DNA of 64,000 bases from positions 310,001 through 374,000 of the forward strand of contig NMRA01000147.1 of assembly GCA_002633005.1 (NCBI GenBank). The letters are read 5' to 3'. Made by a program: the position numbers and the translations under genes. Shown piece by piece: positions 40,219 to 54,403 of this stretch; within the stretch, counting starts at the first letter, position 1; each line of letters opens with the position of its first letter. Origin of the DNA: Phoronis australis (lineage: Eukaryota > Animalia > Phoronida). The notes beneath the pieces were generated by a model, which saw only the letters and a list, made by a program, of their open reading frames with translations, did not search any database and was not told where the DNA came from.

Positions 40219-42940
40219 CAGATGCCTGTCCTTAGGTTTAACTCACCTTTTTAATTCAGTTCTTCACTTCAAATCTAAGGAGATGGGCTCAGGAAGGTTG
40301 CATCACGGTTCACGCAGGTACCGTTACTAATTTCGTGATTTTCATTGGAATTTTGCGAGTTTGTTCTTCCCAGAGTGGGCACCAGTTCTCTCCGACGTCT
40401 GCACTAAATCCCTTCATTTTTAAGTGCAGGTTCAACGGACCTGAGAATAAAAATATAGTGTTAATTTTTACCAAAAAACTGTGAGCTAAATGTTCTTGTT
40501 TTGCCATTTAGAATCAGATGAGATTTTTTTGCTATGAAATCATTTATACAGGCCATACAAAACACATGAAAAACAGATAGTGCATGTGTGATAAAAATGC
40601 GGAATAAAGTAGTTCACAGATTACCGGTTATGAGCAAAAAACACGGTAAGAGGAAAAATAACACTTCATTCAAGCAGAACAGCATTTCAACTTGACATGT
40701 ATTCATTTTTGGTGCCTTGTTATCTTAAACTCGTGAGTATATCAGAAAGATTTTTGTATAGATAGTTTTTGCTTCAGCATGTCCTTTTCTAAAATCTACA
40801 AAGATGGAGCTGCAACACCAGAACAATCAATGAGTTCATCAAAATGTGTGCTGTTTTATCATATGAGACAGTGATCTAATTTACTAATTCCAAGAAGTTG
40901 CATTTTAATAAGAATAGCTTGAACATAATTCAGTTTTTTTCAGCGTGTATTTGCTTAATGCGTAAGTCTTGAATTTTATTGATTTTATAACCGTCTCATT
41001 AATAATTAATTTATAATGTTAGATCATGTAAGATAAATTTTATCATTGGCAGCTCTGCAAAGCAAAAAATAACAACTAAACATATTTTTAATAGCTGAAC
41101 ATTTGTATTTCTCGTGGGTGTGATGGACGTTTGTGACTGACGTACAAATTGCACGTACGTCTCTCACACGAAATCTGACTTTACGGATAATCCTAGGACT
41201 TAGAATTCTGATCGCATTAAGTAATTTCAAGTTAAAAGGCAATCTGAAATTATTTCATTTGATCGAAATGGAAAATCATTGACGTAATATAATGTTAAAT
41301 ACAACGATAAACAGCAGTTGACCTTTGACCCCAGAAGGTCGATAATGTGCTACGGGATAAATAGTTTTATAGTTTAGGCCTGATGTGATTGCACAAAATT
41401 GATAATGCAGTGGAATCCCAATTATTTGACTTATTGATCACACTAATTGCCAACACACAGCGGCAATCGGTTTGGGTCAAGTGACCCCTAAATGGGTTCT
41501 TGTAGTAAAAAAAATAAAAAATAGAGGACAACCATATATGTGTTCTGAAAGTAGAGATTTATATTTCAGAAAAAAACAAGAAGTATTAATACCGAAGCGT
41601 TCCTACCACTTTGCTAAAGCTGGCTATTGTCTATCATCGTGTGAAAGTTTTGACAGTTTTCATTTAATGTTCTGACGCATACAAGTCAGACTACGAAGAC
41701 ATCTTGTGAGAATGGAAGCTGACGTTCGAGTGTATACCGAATGCACGGAGACACGTGCCCCAGCTCCAGTTCGACGAAGCCGAAGGCCTGAGTGTTCCGT
41801 CGTACCTAACGGCACACGGGGTCAACTGTATTTAAAAAGTCCACTTTCATTTCATTTAAAATGATTTCACTACAATTTTTATCGAAGTTACAATAAATTT
41901 GGAACAACTCTCGCCAAGCATTGCTATGCATCCTGACGCCCTTGATTTCGATGAACCTCTTGAACGTTACTCGGTCTCTTTCCGACCGTAGACGCAACAA
42001 CCTCACTAAAGCGCAAGCTCACACAATTCTTCAAGAGATACCGACATTTATTACCTGCTAAGCACGTGATCACACTATCATGATCAATCTTTTCTTGGGT
42101 CGACATGTTGCACAGTCCAGGGGTGCGTTCCGTTAACCAACTTTCTTGCAAAAAAAGCTAAATTTACGTGATGTGCAAAAGTTCTTAAAAATTGTGCCAA
42201 ATGGAAACGGAAATCACAGCTAAATCTTGGGGAGGTGCAACATTCTCAAGGCCAATTTTATATCGGTAAATGGTCAAAATCAAAACTTTTTGATGGAAAG
42301 CATGGGTTTATATCCCTGTGACAACAGTCGCTAGGAAATAAAACAATACACACACATGGATCGATCCTGAGGGCGATATCAAGTTGGAAGCAGAGGGCAA
42401 AATAGTTCCCCCGAGGTACATGCGACCTAATACGCCAGAGAGAAAGGACGATATGTGTTTTATTTCCCAACTACTGATGCTAAATTCCTCTGATTTGCTC
42501 GTCTAGTGTCAGATTAGCTTCGTCCTACCTGCTTTGATGTACCGGCGTCGTCAATTCATTTCAGGGTTTATGGTTTCTACAGCGTGCGATTTGTCAAATA
42601 GCGGAGGGCGACATCTGACGTCTGAGCGGCATCAATGAAAAGTAAGCGATGGCCATGATGGAAATCGACGCACGAATCTAACGTGAACACGTGCTTCGCT
42701 TGATTACTTGGTGATATCTCGCGAAGTCTTGCGTGATCTAGCGTTTTCACGTGATTCTCGCACCTACAGAACACATCTTGATAAATATTACGCTTTATCC
42801 CATATATGTGAAAATATGGACATTGTATATGTCACTTTATCATCTGTTATATACGGGAGAGTAGAGCCAATCCGTATACCACAGTAGAAGACGTATACAA
42901 CGGTAGAAGCCGTATTTCACGTTTGGTTACCAGTCTCCTG

Positions 42941-43098
42941 CAGGTGCGGATCCAGGATTTTGAGTTAGGGGGGCCAGGACAGAGTATTAGCCAGGATTTT
43001 GCCTGTGAGACATTCGCACCCCCGTACTGCCAAATGGAATCTGGAGGCACTTTATGGGGGACCATGGCCCCCTTGGCCTCCCTCTAAATCCACCACTG
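42941..43098. mobile_element. 158-bp MITE with 5-bp TSD (hAT5-like)
   Basis: TIR CAGGTGCGGATCCAG / CTAAATCCACCACTG; TCCTG on both flanks. Confidence 0.85.
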
Positions 43099-43981
43099 TC
43101 CTGGTGGTGTAAATTCGCGAGTGCAACGCCAAATTTTATTGAGCTCGTTCATTTGCGTTACCGAAATCATTAGTCCAAGGCGTCGTTCCTGAAAACTTAG
43201 CAGTTTTATTACTCTAAGAACAGACAAGACTTACCAATGAAAATTCCGACGCACGGTCATAAGGCGGCTATTTTTGGGCCTCACTGATGTTTCAATCTGG
43301 GTCATCATAAACAGGTCAAGCTAAATAGCGTCCACGGCCAACAAAATCAGCCAAAAATCTAATTCAAATACAACGAAAACGTTTCGTTACTGAGAGCAAA
43401 GGTCTTTACAGGAAATTCGAACAAAATTTAGAGTATGCGTGTTTTACTGAGAAGATCGTCTGCTCGCCGGCGCAGCGTTGAACTCTTCGTCGCTGCCAGT
43501 CGACTCGTAGCGTAAAATCTGCTTTTTGTGATACATTCCTTACCTCAAATTCTGCAAATCAACACAGTTTCCACCATTATTTGCCAATGGTGTGTTTCTA
43601 TTACTATTTATATTCCACAAGCACGAAAACTAAGAAATGATTCCTCGAAGCTAAAACGACACACTGCTGCACAACCCGCTTCAGGGAATGTTTCAATTTT
43701 TAAATTACCGGATGCATTGTTTCTAAGTTTCCCACAAACTTTTGATATTATTGAATGGTTCAGTGGTTAAACTTGTATATTTCACAAACTGAAAACTGTA
43801 ATCAATTCATTATGAAATAATTACTAGTTGTTCAACGCTTTGACAGCTAGATATAGATTGTCTTGTCGCTTAACCGGCTTGGGTACCGTACTTGGCATAG
43901 ATATGACGTCATAGGCCAATAACGACAAGGCGGAGCACACGGCAACAAGGTATTGCCGCGATAATGCAAATAAGTCCACAT

Positions 43982-44155
43982 GCATGGGATAAATAGGTTA
44001 TCCCACATACATAGGAATACTATTGCGATATCCCATCTCGAATTCATTTCATCTGGGAATGCCCTAACGAGACCGAAGGTCGAGTTGAGACATTCCCAGA
44101 TGAAATGAAGTCTAGATAGCACATGGCAGTAGTATTCCTACGTATTTGGGATAAC
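43982..44155 (+). mobile_element. Long-hairpin (foldback) element next to GCATGGGATAA; possible non-autonomous Crypton-like element
   Basis: Arms 43997-44155: outer 30 bp match 27/30, inner TTCATTTCATCTGGGAATG / CATTCCCAGATGAAATGAA is perfect, centre AAC-GA-GACC-GAA-GGTC-GA-GTT. Confidence 0.75.
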
Positions 44156-47100
44156 GTATGTGTATCGAAAGTTATTGAGCCAATTGGAGAACAAAAATAT
44201 CAGTGGTCGTCCAATGATAATTACTTACGCTAGTTTTCCCATGGTGGGCTTACTTCCTTGCAAAATGATTCGTGAAAAACGGAAATACTTGCAAAGCATC
44301 GGAATTACTAAAATGGCAAATTATAAGTTTATTGAGCTGGCTTCTACAGTAGGTGAAAAGAAAGTGAAACTCCACAAACCAATATCTCACTTATCGCTAC
44401 AGATGCTATATAACCGTCAATATTCCATAAAAATCTTAATTTATTGCCGAAATTTGTCTAACGTAAATTTTAAAGCTTCTGCATACCTGGCGAAACGTTC
44501 GCAACGAAAGTTTCTCCTATTTTGCGACAGTAGTTCACAACCGGTGAAATATTGGTTCGCATGTTTTTTTAAGATAAGCAAATTATTGCGGCACAATTTT
44601 TTCATGTTTGAGTCACGTATAACAATATAAAATATTGTTCATCAGCGATAGAGCAGCAGGAAGTGATACAATCAGCACGAGACAAAATAATGACAACGTA
44701 CATAAACACAGAGAAATGTTCACCCTTATTCGCAAAAGTTTGCCAGTGTAGACGGCGCTTACACGACACGTTGGAGAAGTTTGCACCGATTCGAATGAGT
44801 TATCAATTATAAGGTTTAACACTGTCTGGGTGTCCTTAAATACATATAAAAACAGATTTCCGCAGGGGTTCTAATGGCGCCTTTCTTGCGTATCCAAGAG
44901 AGATTATTTGATTATGGCCAAGCTCCTTAAAAAATAATCACCAAACACCGTTTCAGCACTGTATCTTACATCATTTAAAAAAGACAATTTTCATTACTAT
45001 TGCATCAACACACAAAATGATCAAACGAAGGAAGCGCGTCAGATTCGCATAATTTGATGGGACCCAGAACAAGCTGCAAAAAAGTAATGTTATTTTAAGC
45101 TGGTTTAATGACAGTTGCTTAGTGAACGATTAATTTTTTTGGTGACCTACATGTAAGTTGACGAATTTTTTCATTTCAAAATTTGTGACACGTCGTTTGG
45201 TGCAGCATATAGGCACCTTTTACGCATTTTGCTCATCCGTTTGCTTCAAACAAGTACAGAAGAACGATAAATATTACAAGACAAACTACGACACAAGTAG
45301 GATCGAAAGATGAAAAATGAAAACAATAAAAACAGCGGATAATACATAGTTTCTGTAGGTGCTAGACTCACCGAAAATCATAAGTGAACTGCAGTAAAAA
45401 CTGGAGTTTGCCTGCTTCCAGAATGTGTGTACGGTGATCACTAACAATGAAATAAGTACATGTTTTTTACAAATGTATGCACCTTTCAACAATAATTTTA
45501 ATTTAACAGCGGATGGAAACTCCATGATCACGCCTTTAAATTTTAGTTACGGTCTCCCAAAATCCTATTCCCAAACACTGCCGAAAAATTCCGGGCCAGC
45601 GCTCCTAACATTCACTCACGTGCCGAAAATACTCCACACCCAGTGACCAGAACCCCATGCTAGAGGGCTACACTTCAGTCCCATGGACAAGATTTTTCAT
45701 TTGATTTCCGAGAGACTGGAGTGTAGTATGCTCCCCGGCTATCGAGTGTGTATCATGGATCACATTGTGAACAGCATTTTGGGTGCTTGTGGGATTATAG
45801 GGGCATGTATATGCCGGAACATGTACTCTGAGGTGCGGCCATGAAATCGTTTTCATCTTTAATAAAGTAGGACCGGTGATAGCGACACTGAAAAGATATC
45901 AACTGACTTCGAGAGAAAGACCAACAAATATTTGCAATATACAACGTTTTATGATTTCTGCATCTGATAAACAGATTTCACACTACCGTGAACTAATAAC
46001 GTAATTAGTTTTCGTGTTAAATTTGCTTGATTGATTTTTGTTATTAATTCTGATGGAATGCCTATAAAGCTAGGTAACGAGACAGACCCGTCAGTTGTTA
46101 ATGATCTGCAGTTTCTTGGAAGTTGAATCCTTCGTAGAGTCTCAGAATTTTGTTTAATTATTTTGGACAGTCGGCGGCATAATTGTGCAAATCTCGTTTT
46201 CCCAAATGGACAAATCCGCTTTGAAAACTCGATAGCGTGCTTACCTAGTATACAGTTTTTGTTCTTCAAATATTGCCAGAGTACCGTGCTGTTCGATATC
46301 TTGTCCGACTCTGAAGTCACAAGCCGCAGAAAGTGAGTTTGCGATTAAGGCGGTATTTGAATGTCACCTGGTTCAACAGCCGGCACTCGTAGTAAGTCAT
46401 TGGCCTCGCATATTTTTGTGGAAAATAAATCAAAAGAGAAACACTTTCACAGAAATACGAAGAGTATTTAAAAAACAATCACCTAAGTATTGAAGTGTTG
46501 CTTAGAGTGGGTGTATGTATCATGTATTTCTGTTCAATTGTGCAGTTTATTCATGATTCATAAATGCCGATGATCTTGTGTATAAAATTATACTTCAGAG
46601 AAATTGCAAGAGACGAGTACTTTTGGATATACAATTACTACTCTATATATGCATACCAAGTAATAAAGAAACGGGAAACCGATTGCGTATATTTCTTCAC
46701 GCTCTTGCTGTTTTATTTTTTTTACCTGTAGCCAAGGGTAGGGGGGGGGGGGTGGCCCGGGGACACCCTCGTAAATCCGCCTATGAATGTCACTGAATCA
46801 CTGCTGGCCACCGAAGTACCATATGATTGGATAGACAGTCCCTAAAACTGGCTGTAATTGTCTACTTCAGGTTGTATCAACCCAGAACATGTAAACGCGT
46901 TTTATGAACATGGAAAAATGCCTTAGACTGTATTCATGTTTGCGCCGTCACCAATAAATCTGTAAGACTGTTGGTGATACCTCAGTGATACCCTGGGTGC
47001 TTATCCTAAGTGGAAAACTAGTCGTGTACATTTCGACACTCTATTGTCTCAAAAATTTGTGTCAAAATACAGCAGTGAATGGGTGGATTCAGAATTTTAA

Positions 47101-50100
47101 ATAAAGTACGCACAATGTTAATGTTCATACCAATGTAACCCATTGGATCTGCGCATCATGCATGGAATCGCAGATTTTCCATCAATAACATTAAGAATGA
47201 CAAGGGAAACCTCAGAAACAACACATTGAGATGCCAATCCAAACAGGTTTCAATTCATTTCAAACATCAATATCATATTGCGATTCTACAAAAACTCACA
47301 CAAAACAAAAACAAAAACAGAAACAAAAATGCCACTAAGAGGCAACACAGTAGTTGGCGCCGACCAAAAATTGTTGGTATATGCCCTCTTCCCGTGAGAA
47401 GATATCTGCTGTCAATTTACATAATTATCTTAAAAATGGCTAGGCCGACAGAGAAGGCGATGCCAAAACTAACTAAAAAAATAAAAACAGCAACTAATAA
47501 CCTGTAACCATGGCGTGTAAAAACAACGCACTCTTAATATGTATTTTAAAACTTCATATAGTCAACACCAATATTGCCTGGAGCAGGTCACACTGTTAAT
47601 AACAAAGCTTTTATGAAATGTGATTGAAGACAAAAAAATGTCAGCCTGCTAAGACTATTTTGGCACAGTTTTGCTGTTATTCCATTAAACTAATCTGACT
47701 GCTTGTGTAGACCATTGATTAAGGTAATATAACAGACACACTAACAAGCTAAGTCCATTTCCTGTTGACTTAACCATTCGAACTAGCCACAGCTGAAGAA
47801 CATGGTCTGCTAATGTCCACTTCAGGGTTCAACTGGTTTAAGTGTTTTTAATTTGGCAAGTTAATACTAAAAAATTGACACAGCTTTCTAGGGAGTAGAT
47901 GAGATGAACAATTTTTTCTGCTATTTAATTCTACTCTGCAATTTTGTTATATTTGAATTATATTTTCAGCTCAAAACACAGTTGCACAGGGCTTCAAAGG
48001 TAAAATTATATGCAAATTAAGAAAAAAGCAAATAGTTATTTTCATCAACGAGCATCCACTCCTTTTCAAAGATTTTGGCCAGGTATTTAAACAAATTCCA
48101 TACTTGAAACCTCAAAAGGTCAAAAATTACAAAATTGGTTTTGACCTGTGTATGGGTCATTTTGAAAACCGTCGACTCATTTTATAGACAGAAAAATTTG
48201 ACAAAGTTCAGATGGCATCAGGTGACAAAGGGGGAAAGAGAGCCTGAACCATTTCAGCCGACATCAAGCGATGCTGGGAAAAATGTATACCGACCCGTTC
48301 TGAACTTCAAGCTGGCATAATACGAATTTTTCATTCCAAAAATTTGGACAACTTAAAACTAACACATTGCATCAACTTCAAAAAATCACAATTGGAACCA
48401 AATATGTTGTTTTTGTAGGACTATCATCAAATTCACTGGCCTTTGAACAAAAGGAGCTTGGTTAACTTCTGTCTTACATTACAGGTATTGAATGATGCAG
48501 TGTGCAGTTAAATGCTGCCCAATACACGGGCATCACGACCCACTATGGTTCATCAGCAAGATGGCGGACCACTCCGCTCAACGGAAACCACGTGATGTTA
48601 ACTCTACTTATATTTACCTCATTGTCCCCGGCCGCCAGTGGCTCGGAACCCGATCAGGGCCCGCCGCGGCCGCCGGGACTGGACATCACGAACAAAACCA
48701 GCTTAAATTGGAAACTAAACCTCCAGTCACGACAAGACTATAATAGTGAGCCAAAGAAACAATGTGCACGTAATTATTTAGGGGAAATATCCACGAAACT
48801 GAAAATCTACTTACTTTTCGGGCCCGCGAAGTCAGGTTCCCCCTTCTACAGAACCGTCAGGGCAAAGGTTGTACAGTAACAATGATTCTAATAATGTATT
48901 TGTATATCTAAATAAAGATTCCCCTAACATGTGACCATAGCATATAAAATCGAGTTATTGTTTCGCAACAGCTTTCTGTCAGCAAACACTGAATTAGCAC
49001 GTGTTCACACGGTCTCGGTGCCCGGTCAATTACCTTTATTGCATCTAAAGCCGGTAACGCAGTGCGGGTTTATTCATTGCTGGCTTCTCAAAACATTTGC
49101 ACTCACGAATACTCCAAAGGCCTTACAAATTGTATCTATTGAGACAGACTTTGTTTCAGTTTTATATAAGCATTGGTTAGGGTAAGAATAGTTAATTTTG
49201 ACACAGAACGCAGAATAATAAACGTCTACATGACAACTCGCCCGGCGCCAATCCCGACCTAGTCGAGAGCTCATCCGACGAAGAATTCACGGGTCGGATC
49301 GTAAGGTTTCTCTGGTTATCAATTCGAAACGGAATACGCTGGTCAAGAAATACTTGAGATGCGCCGTGAATATGCACAGGCAATGGAACGTATGGATAGT
49401 TCTTTTCGGGCTCTCAAGGAAGTCGAAAAAACGATATACCCGCTTTCTTCAGAGCTTCATAGCTCGGACAAGCAGGAACGATGCACCTCAATATAGCAGC
49501 AATCATTCTGCAGATGAACCACTGACGTCGCTGCGTCGTTTCTCACCTTCCTCACAGGTTAACGCGACACCTCTCGGCAAGGTGAGGTCGACCGTATAAG
49601 AGGCGATGTGGATATACATGTAGACCGATTAAAACTGTAAAAAGACTAATTAACTCGGGTGACATTCTCCTTTAAAGTTACATCAACAGAAATTCAAAAT
49701 CTTTACGAACAAACCGTAAAAATAACTGGTGAACCTCCCGAATCATACAATTTAGTCTGTTTTTCGCGTTTCAGGACACTTTAACCTTTATCAATCGATG
49801 AACACTTGTTTCCGAATAATGTCAGTGACAGAAATCACCAAGAGAGCTGGGAGACTTAGAGAACTAACCAAGTTGTTTATGGGATAGAAACGAGCAACGT
49901 GATTTCCACGAGTCTGTGTATTTCAAATTAATGTGTTTTATTGCCGATACTTTAAGTGACAACACGTCTAGCTTACCTCCGTATGGCTAGGAAGTGCTCG
50001 ACATGTTTTCCCTGATCATCTGATTTGTATCGGCATAAATAATGGTATTTCCTCGGAGTTACAGTGCACTTATTATGAATCAAAAAATTAACAGTAAACG

Positions 50101-50300
50101 CAGACATACCTGGATGTAATTTACGAACAGTTTACAAAATTTTAGATATATCCTTCAACTGACATACCTCATTATGTTTTCTAAAGCGGTGAAAATAAAG
50201 AAAGGGTATCTTTAACCCAACGTACTTTAATACCAGTTCAGCCCTAAATATGTACCCAAATAATGGTTGACAGAGATGGTGCCTCACAGGGTTTTAACAT

Positions 50301-50808
50301 TTACAAGGTGCGTCAAGACAAACATATTATAAAATACCAATACCAGGTTAGGGTTTTACTGAGAATAATCATGTTTCTATTCCAAAGTTTTCTCTGGAGT
50401 GCGTAGGGGTTAGAAAAAGGGCGAAAATTGAGTCTGGTAACAGAGAACAAATAGTCAGGTTAAGGTAACAAACCACAGCCAGGCGCGCATCTCTAGGGCA
50501 AACATCGAGGATTTTTTCAACAAAGATGACGAACCACGGTGGAGTACAACCAAAACAAGTGTTTCTTTGTTTGAATAGAAGAGGCAGGAGTTGGAGGAAA
50601 AGTGCTCGTTTTGTGGAGCATGCGCAGTCTTCAAAAAGTCAACTGTTCATAGTCTAGAAAATCTATTTGTCACTTCCCTTTCAGTTAGAAGTAAATGCGC
50701 CTTGCCAAGGAAAGTTTGGAATTCCCGGAATTCAAAAACACCAGTGGAATTGTTTTATGATATTCAAATTTTAAAACATTTTTATTATCACTTTTGGGAC
50801 ACCCTGCA
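50301..50808. mobile_element. Possible Tc1/mariner-type MITE
   Basis: Right end TTTTGGGACACCCTG (50792-50806); left end only a degenerate TACAAGGTG. Confidence 0.3.
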
Positions 50809-51240
50809 TTTAATTACCATCGAGTGACACTCTAAAGATTTAGCCTCATTCCCCTATTAATTCTCTGTACATCAAGTTCTGTGATAAATGCATTTGACAA
50901 GATCTATAATGCAATTAACATTAGATTGCCATAAAGTCGAGTAATAATTTATCTTCTTTGATATTTCCGATAAAGGTCATGTGAGGAACGCCTAATGTAA
51001 ATATTAATATATAATAACGGTCCGTCGTATGCTGAAAGAACACTTAGCACTCAGTTAATGATCCTTCAAACCCGCCTTCAGTAAAACATACGTGTACTTT
51101 TTGACTGGAATCATTCCCCCTAATAACACTGGTCTTAATCTATTCCTCACAAATACTAGATGCGATTCCTAGACTTTGAAAGAATTGACAGTGTCGTCAT
51201 TTCGTGAGATTACAATTGCGCAAACGGAAGCCGTCGCAAC

Positions 51241-51471
51241 ATATCTCCATGCATTACAAGTGAAGCACGTGATCACTAACGTTATGAATGAAAATGAATG
51301 TCTTGCGTCTACGATACGCAACACCTTCACTTGGTTTAACCAAGCAGTTCAGTATGCCGAGCATAGCCGGTTTTCAGCAGAAATGTAAGTTCATGCCGAA
51401 CCATTTCTAAGCAGACAATCGCGAGAAAAGGTAGCGTGATCACATGCTTCACTTGTAATGCATTGCGGTAT
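51241..51471. repeat. 36-bp imperfect inverted repeat (palindromic MITE interior)
   Basis: ATATCTCCATGCATTACAAGTGAAGCACGTGATCAC at 51241 vs GTGATCACATGCTTCACTTGTAATGCATTGCGGTAT at 51436; related motifs at ~42683-42735, ~58720-58770 and inside the 27628/57871 MITE. Confidence 0.75.
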
Positions 51472-54112
51472 CTCGCGTAGACTTGTGTTTTTGCGAATTT
51501 CTTGCGACTGGATTCATTACTTGCACAATCTGATGGTGCTTTAAAAATAGAGTGTTACTCGTTGACCTTGTGAGGACAAAATACCTCGTGTTAGCATCAA
51601 TTTCAGGAACGCAAACGTGAAAGCGCGGGTGTTCTAAACGTGCAGAACCATTTGTAGTTTGATATCAACGCCTCGTTTTCAAGCATGATGGAGAGTTCGT
51701 GCAAGTAGTGGATAAAACGTGGAGATTTTTTTTTCTGATTGCGGTTAACGTGAACTGTTGTGTCGTTACAAAAATGTTAGAACGTCATGAAAAGAAGCTA
51801 AAAGATGATTAAAATCTCACTTATTACGGATTGCTTTGCGTACTCATTCTAAATGTAATTTTAAATACCTCCATTGACAGCCGAAGAACAGAGTAGTGCA
51901 GTGGTTTAATTTGCGGAATAGCACTTATGAGACCTGGGCCCAGGGCCTTATGGAGCCCGAAATTAGTTTTGCCATTTTATATTTCACTCTTGTGCAAACT
52001 CAAGTGTAGACTATAGTCTATGGTGTCATTCTGTGCTCGAGTACGTTCTGTTTCATGTATATGAGTTTGTAATCCACGTTCTCACTTCATGAATCTCAGA
52101 TTAAAACTACAAACTCGAGTTAAACCTCAAGTTTGTATTCGAAATCTTGCTCGAACGAGCCACCCAATTTGGCGAATTGGGCAAAACGGTCCGCCTCAAT
52201 GAAACAAAAAGTCCGAGCAAACGAGACAAAAGTCCACAAAGCCCACAGGAATTCGGTGCGGATGCACAATTCGGAGGCCTGAGCCTAGTGCCCCCCTTTT
52301 TTTAGTCCTCGTTGATTTTCATTCAGTAGAAGGTTCGTTGTGGAATGTATCACGGGTTTTTACATGTAGGCTTCGATTACAGCATAGCAAACGTATAGTG
52401 TAAAAAGAACTGATTTGGTATTTAATTTGTAAAATAACTGCAAGCTTTGAATATCAAAGTAAAACTTGTCAGTTACCTAGGTTCCTGCCATGTGATGTCA
52501 TATAAGGCTTGTGATCATGCCTAACACAGTCGCCACCACCAGTCGTATGGAAAGTGGTGCCACGGCGGGCCAGTTCATTTGCTTTAGTGATGGGCATGGA
52601 AATGTTGAAAATACAACACAGTAATGACTGAAAATTTGAAATGAACTCGACGTTAGCAAATACGTAAGTTTGGTTAATATTTTCAATTTCAACGCAGTAA
52701 GAATTCATTTTCCCCGATAAAGTTTCACGAAGGACGTTTATGAATTTTGTGCAAATGAAAATGGAAGTTGCAACAGTCTTAGGGCGGTGCGACTAAGATG
52801 GGCCCATGTACTCGATTGCATGGATCAATCCTAATAGGAACTTAACAATGCACCCTAAATTTACTACGCATTGGTACATGTAGCTTACCTTTATGCTCTG
52901 ATTTCATATTTTTCCTAAGAATTTATTTCTATTTTGAGTTCCTCTTTCACTTACGACATTTTAAAGAAAATATATTATCCTTGATTTCTTATATCAATGA
53001 AAACAAAAAGGGGCTACAACGGACGTCCTAAAATTACAGTCGTTAGTTAAAAAGGTCCCTGTTTATTGGTACAACGTTTTCTACTCGTCGGTGCAATGGT
53101 CAAATTCTCAACAAACACCGTGCAATTTTTTTCGTCATTGGGTTTGTCCTAGGGATGCACTAATGAGTATCGGAGAATGTAGGGGCATGAACTGATTCAA
53201 ATGAGGTACAGTATCAAGGAGGGCATCTTCGTTAAGACATTGGATACTTGACTCAATAGACACGGAGACAGCAGGATTGCTTTGTTTGATACTTCCAACG
53301 CCAGTCTTGATCAAATCTCACGGGAGCACATCGTGGAATCGCCATCATTCGTACGTGGGGTGCTTCCTTGAATGTAACGAATTTTGATGAGTACCGTTTT
53401 TAAATAGATGGGTATGATTTCCATTGCTCCTAAGTAAGTTGATGGCGCATTACGAAACAATCCTGTTGGTCAAACCCAAAGAAAATGTATACCCTAACAC
53501 TCCATGGGAGGGTGCGATAAAATATTCTCACGGATAATGGGAATGGTTGGATGCCTTATACTGAAATAAGAAAGAGCCACACTTCTTGTAATACTGTAGC
53601 GGATTATATGGTTCAAATGTTAGCCATTTACAAAACTGTTTGAAACAACGGTTCTTCAAAGTATATTCTTTTATATTGCGAGGTGTTTAGTCACACACAA
53701 TAAAATGCACCAAATTCGGTTTAAAGTTGAGCATCAGAATCCCGAATGTACGTATTCCCTTGTGTTTATCGACTTGTTCATCGATTTAACCTTCTTAACT
53801 AAAGATGAAAGGAAAGGATATGATTATATATTGCCGTAGTTAGTTCGCCTTGATGGTTGATGGCGTAAATACATCTATAGATCAAGAATCTAAAACGTTC
53901 CTGGGCCATGTTTGTAATCAACTGACAGATTTTCCGGGTAATACGTGCATGCGCACAGGTGACAAACACGATGATTTTACCTGTTACATTTAACTTTCAT
54001 TTTTTACCTTGGAACTTTAAAATGAGCATGTTTTCACAACAGAACTCTACAGAAATTTTTCACATATTTCTGAGGTTTCTTGTGTTGTGAAAATACTGTC
54101 CAGGTGGTTGTT

Positions 54113-54176
54113 TGTAGAATTTTTAGAGAAACATAAAACATTTCTAGTGATTGAAAACAATTCAAAGGAATAGCGT

Positions 54177-54227
<51 letters not shown>

Positions 54228-54309
54228 ATACTGTGTTGTAGAATTTTTAGAGACACATAAAACATTTCTAGTGATTGAAAACAATTCAAAGGAATAGCGT
54301 CAGTGTGTG

Positions 54310-54391
<82 letters not shown>

Positions 54392-54403
54392 ACTGTGTTG
54401 TAG
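54113..54403. repeat. Tandem duplication (~124-bp period) containing (TG)n/(TGCG)n microsatellites
   Basis: TGTAGAATTTT...AAAGGAATAGCGTCAG(TG)n..TATACTGTGT occurs twice (54113, 54237). Confidence 0.95.

Noticed and set aside
44160-44630. 156-aa ORF
   Set aside because: Non-ATG start, AT-rich composition and no motif.
21484-48134. Shared 17-mer GGTCAAAAATTACAAAA at 21484 and 48118
   Set aside because: Probably an old repeat, but boundaries and family cannot be defined by eye.
53140-53620. Coding-looking stretch with stops
   Set aside because: No family motif recognisable; needs BLASTX.
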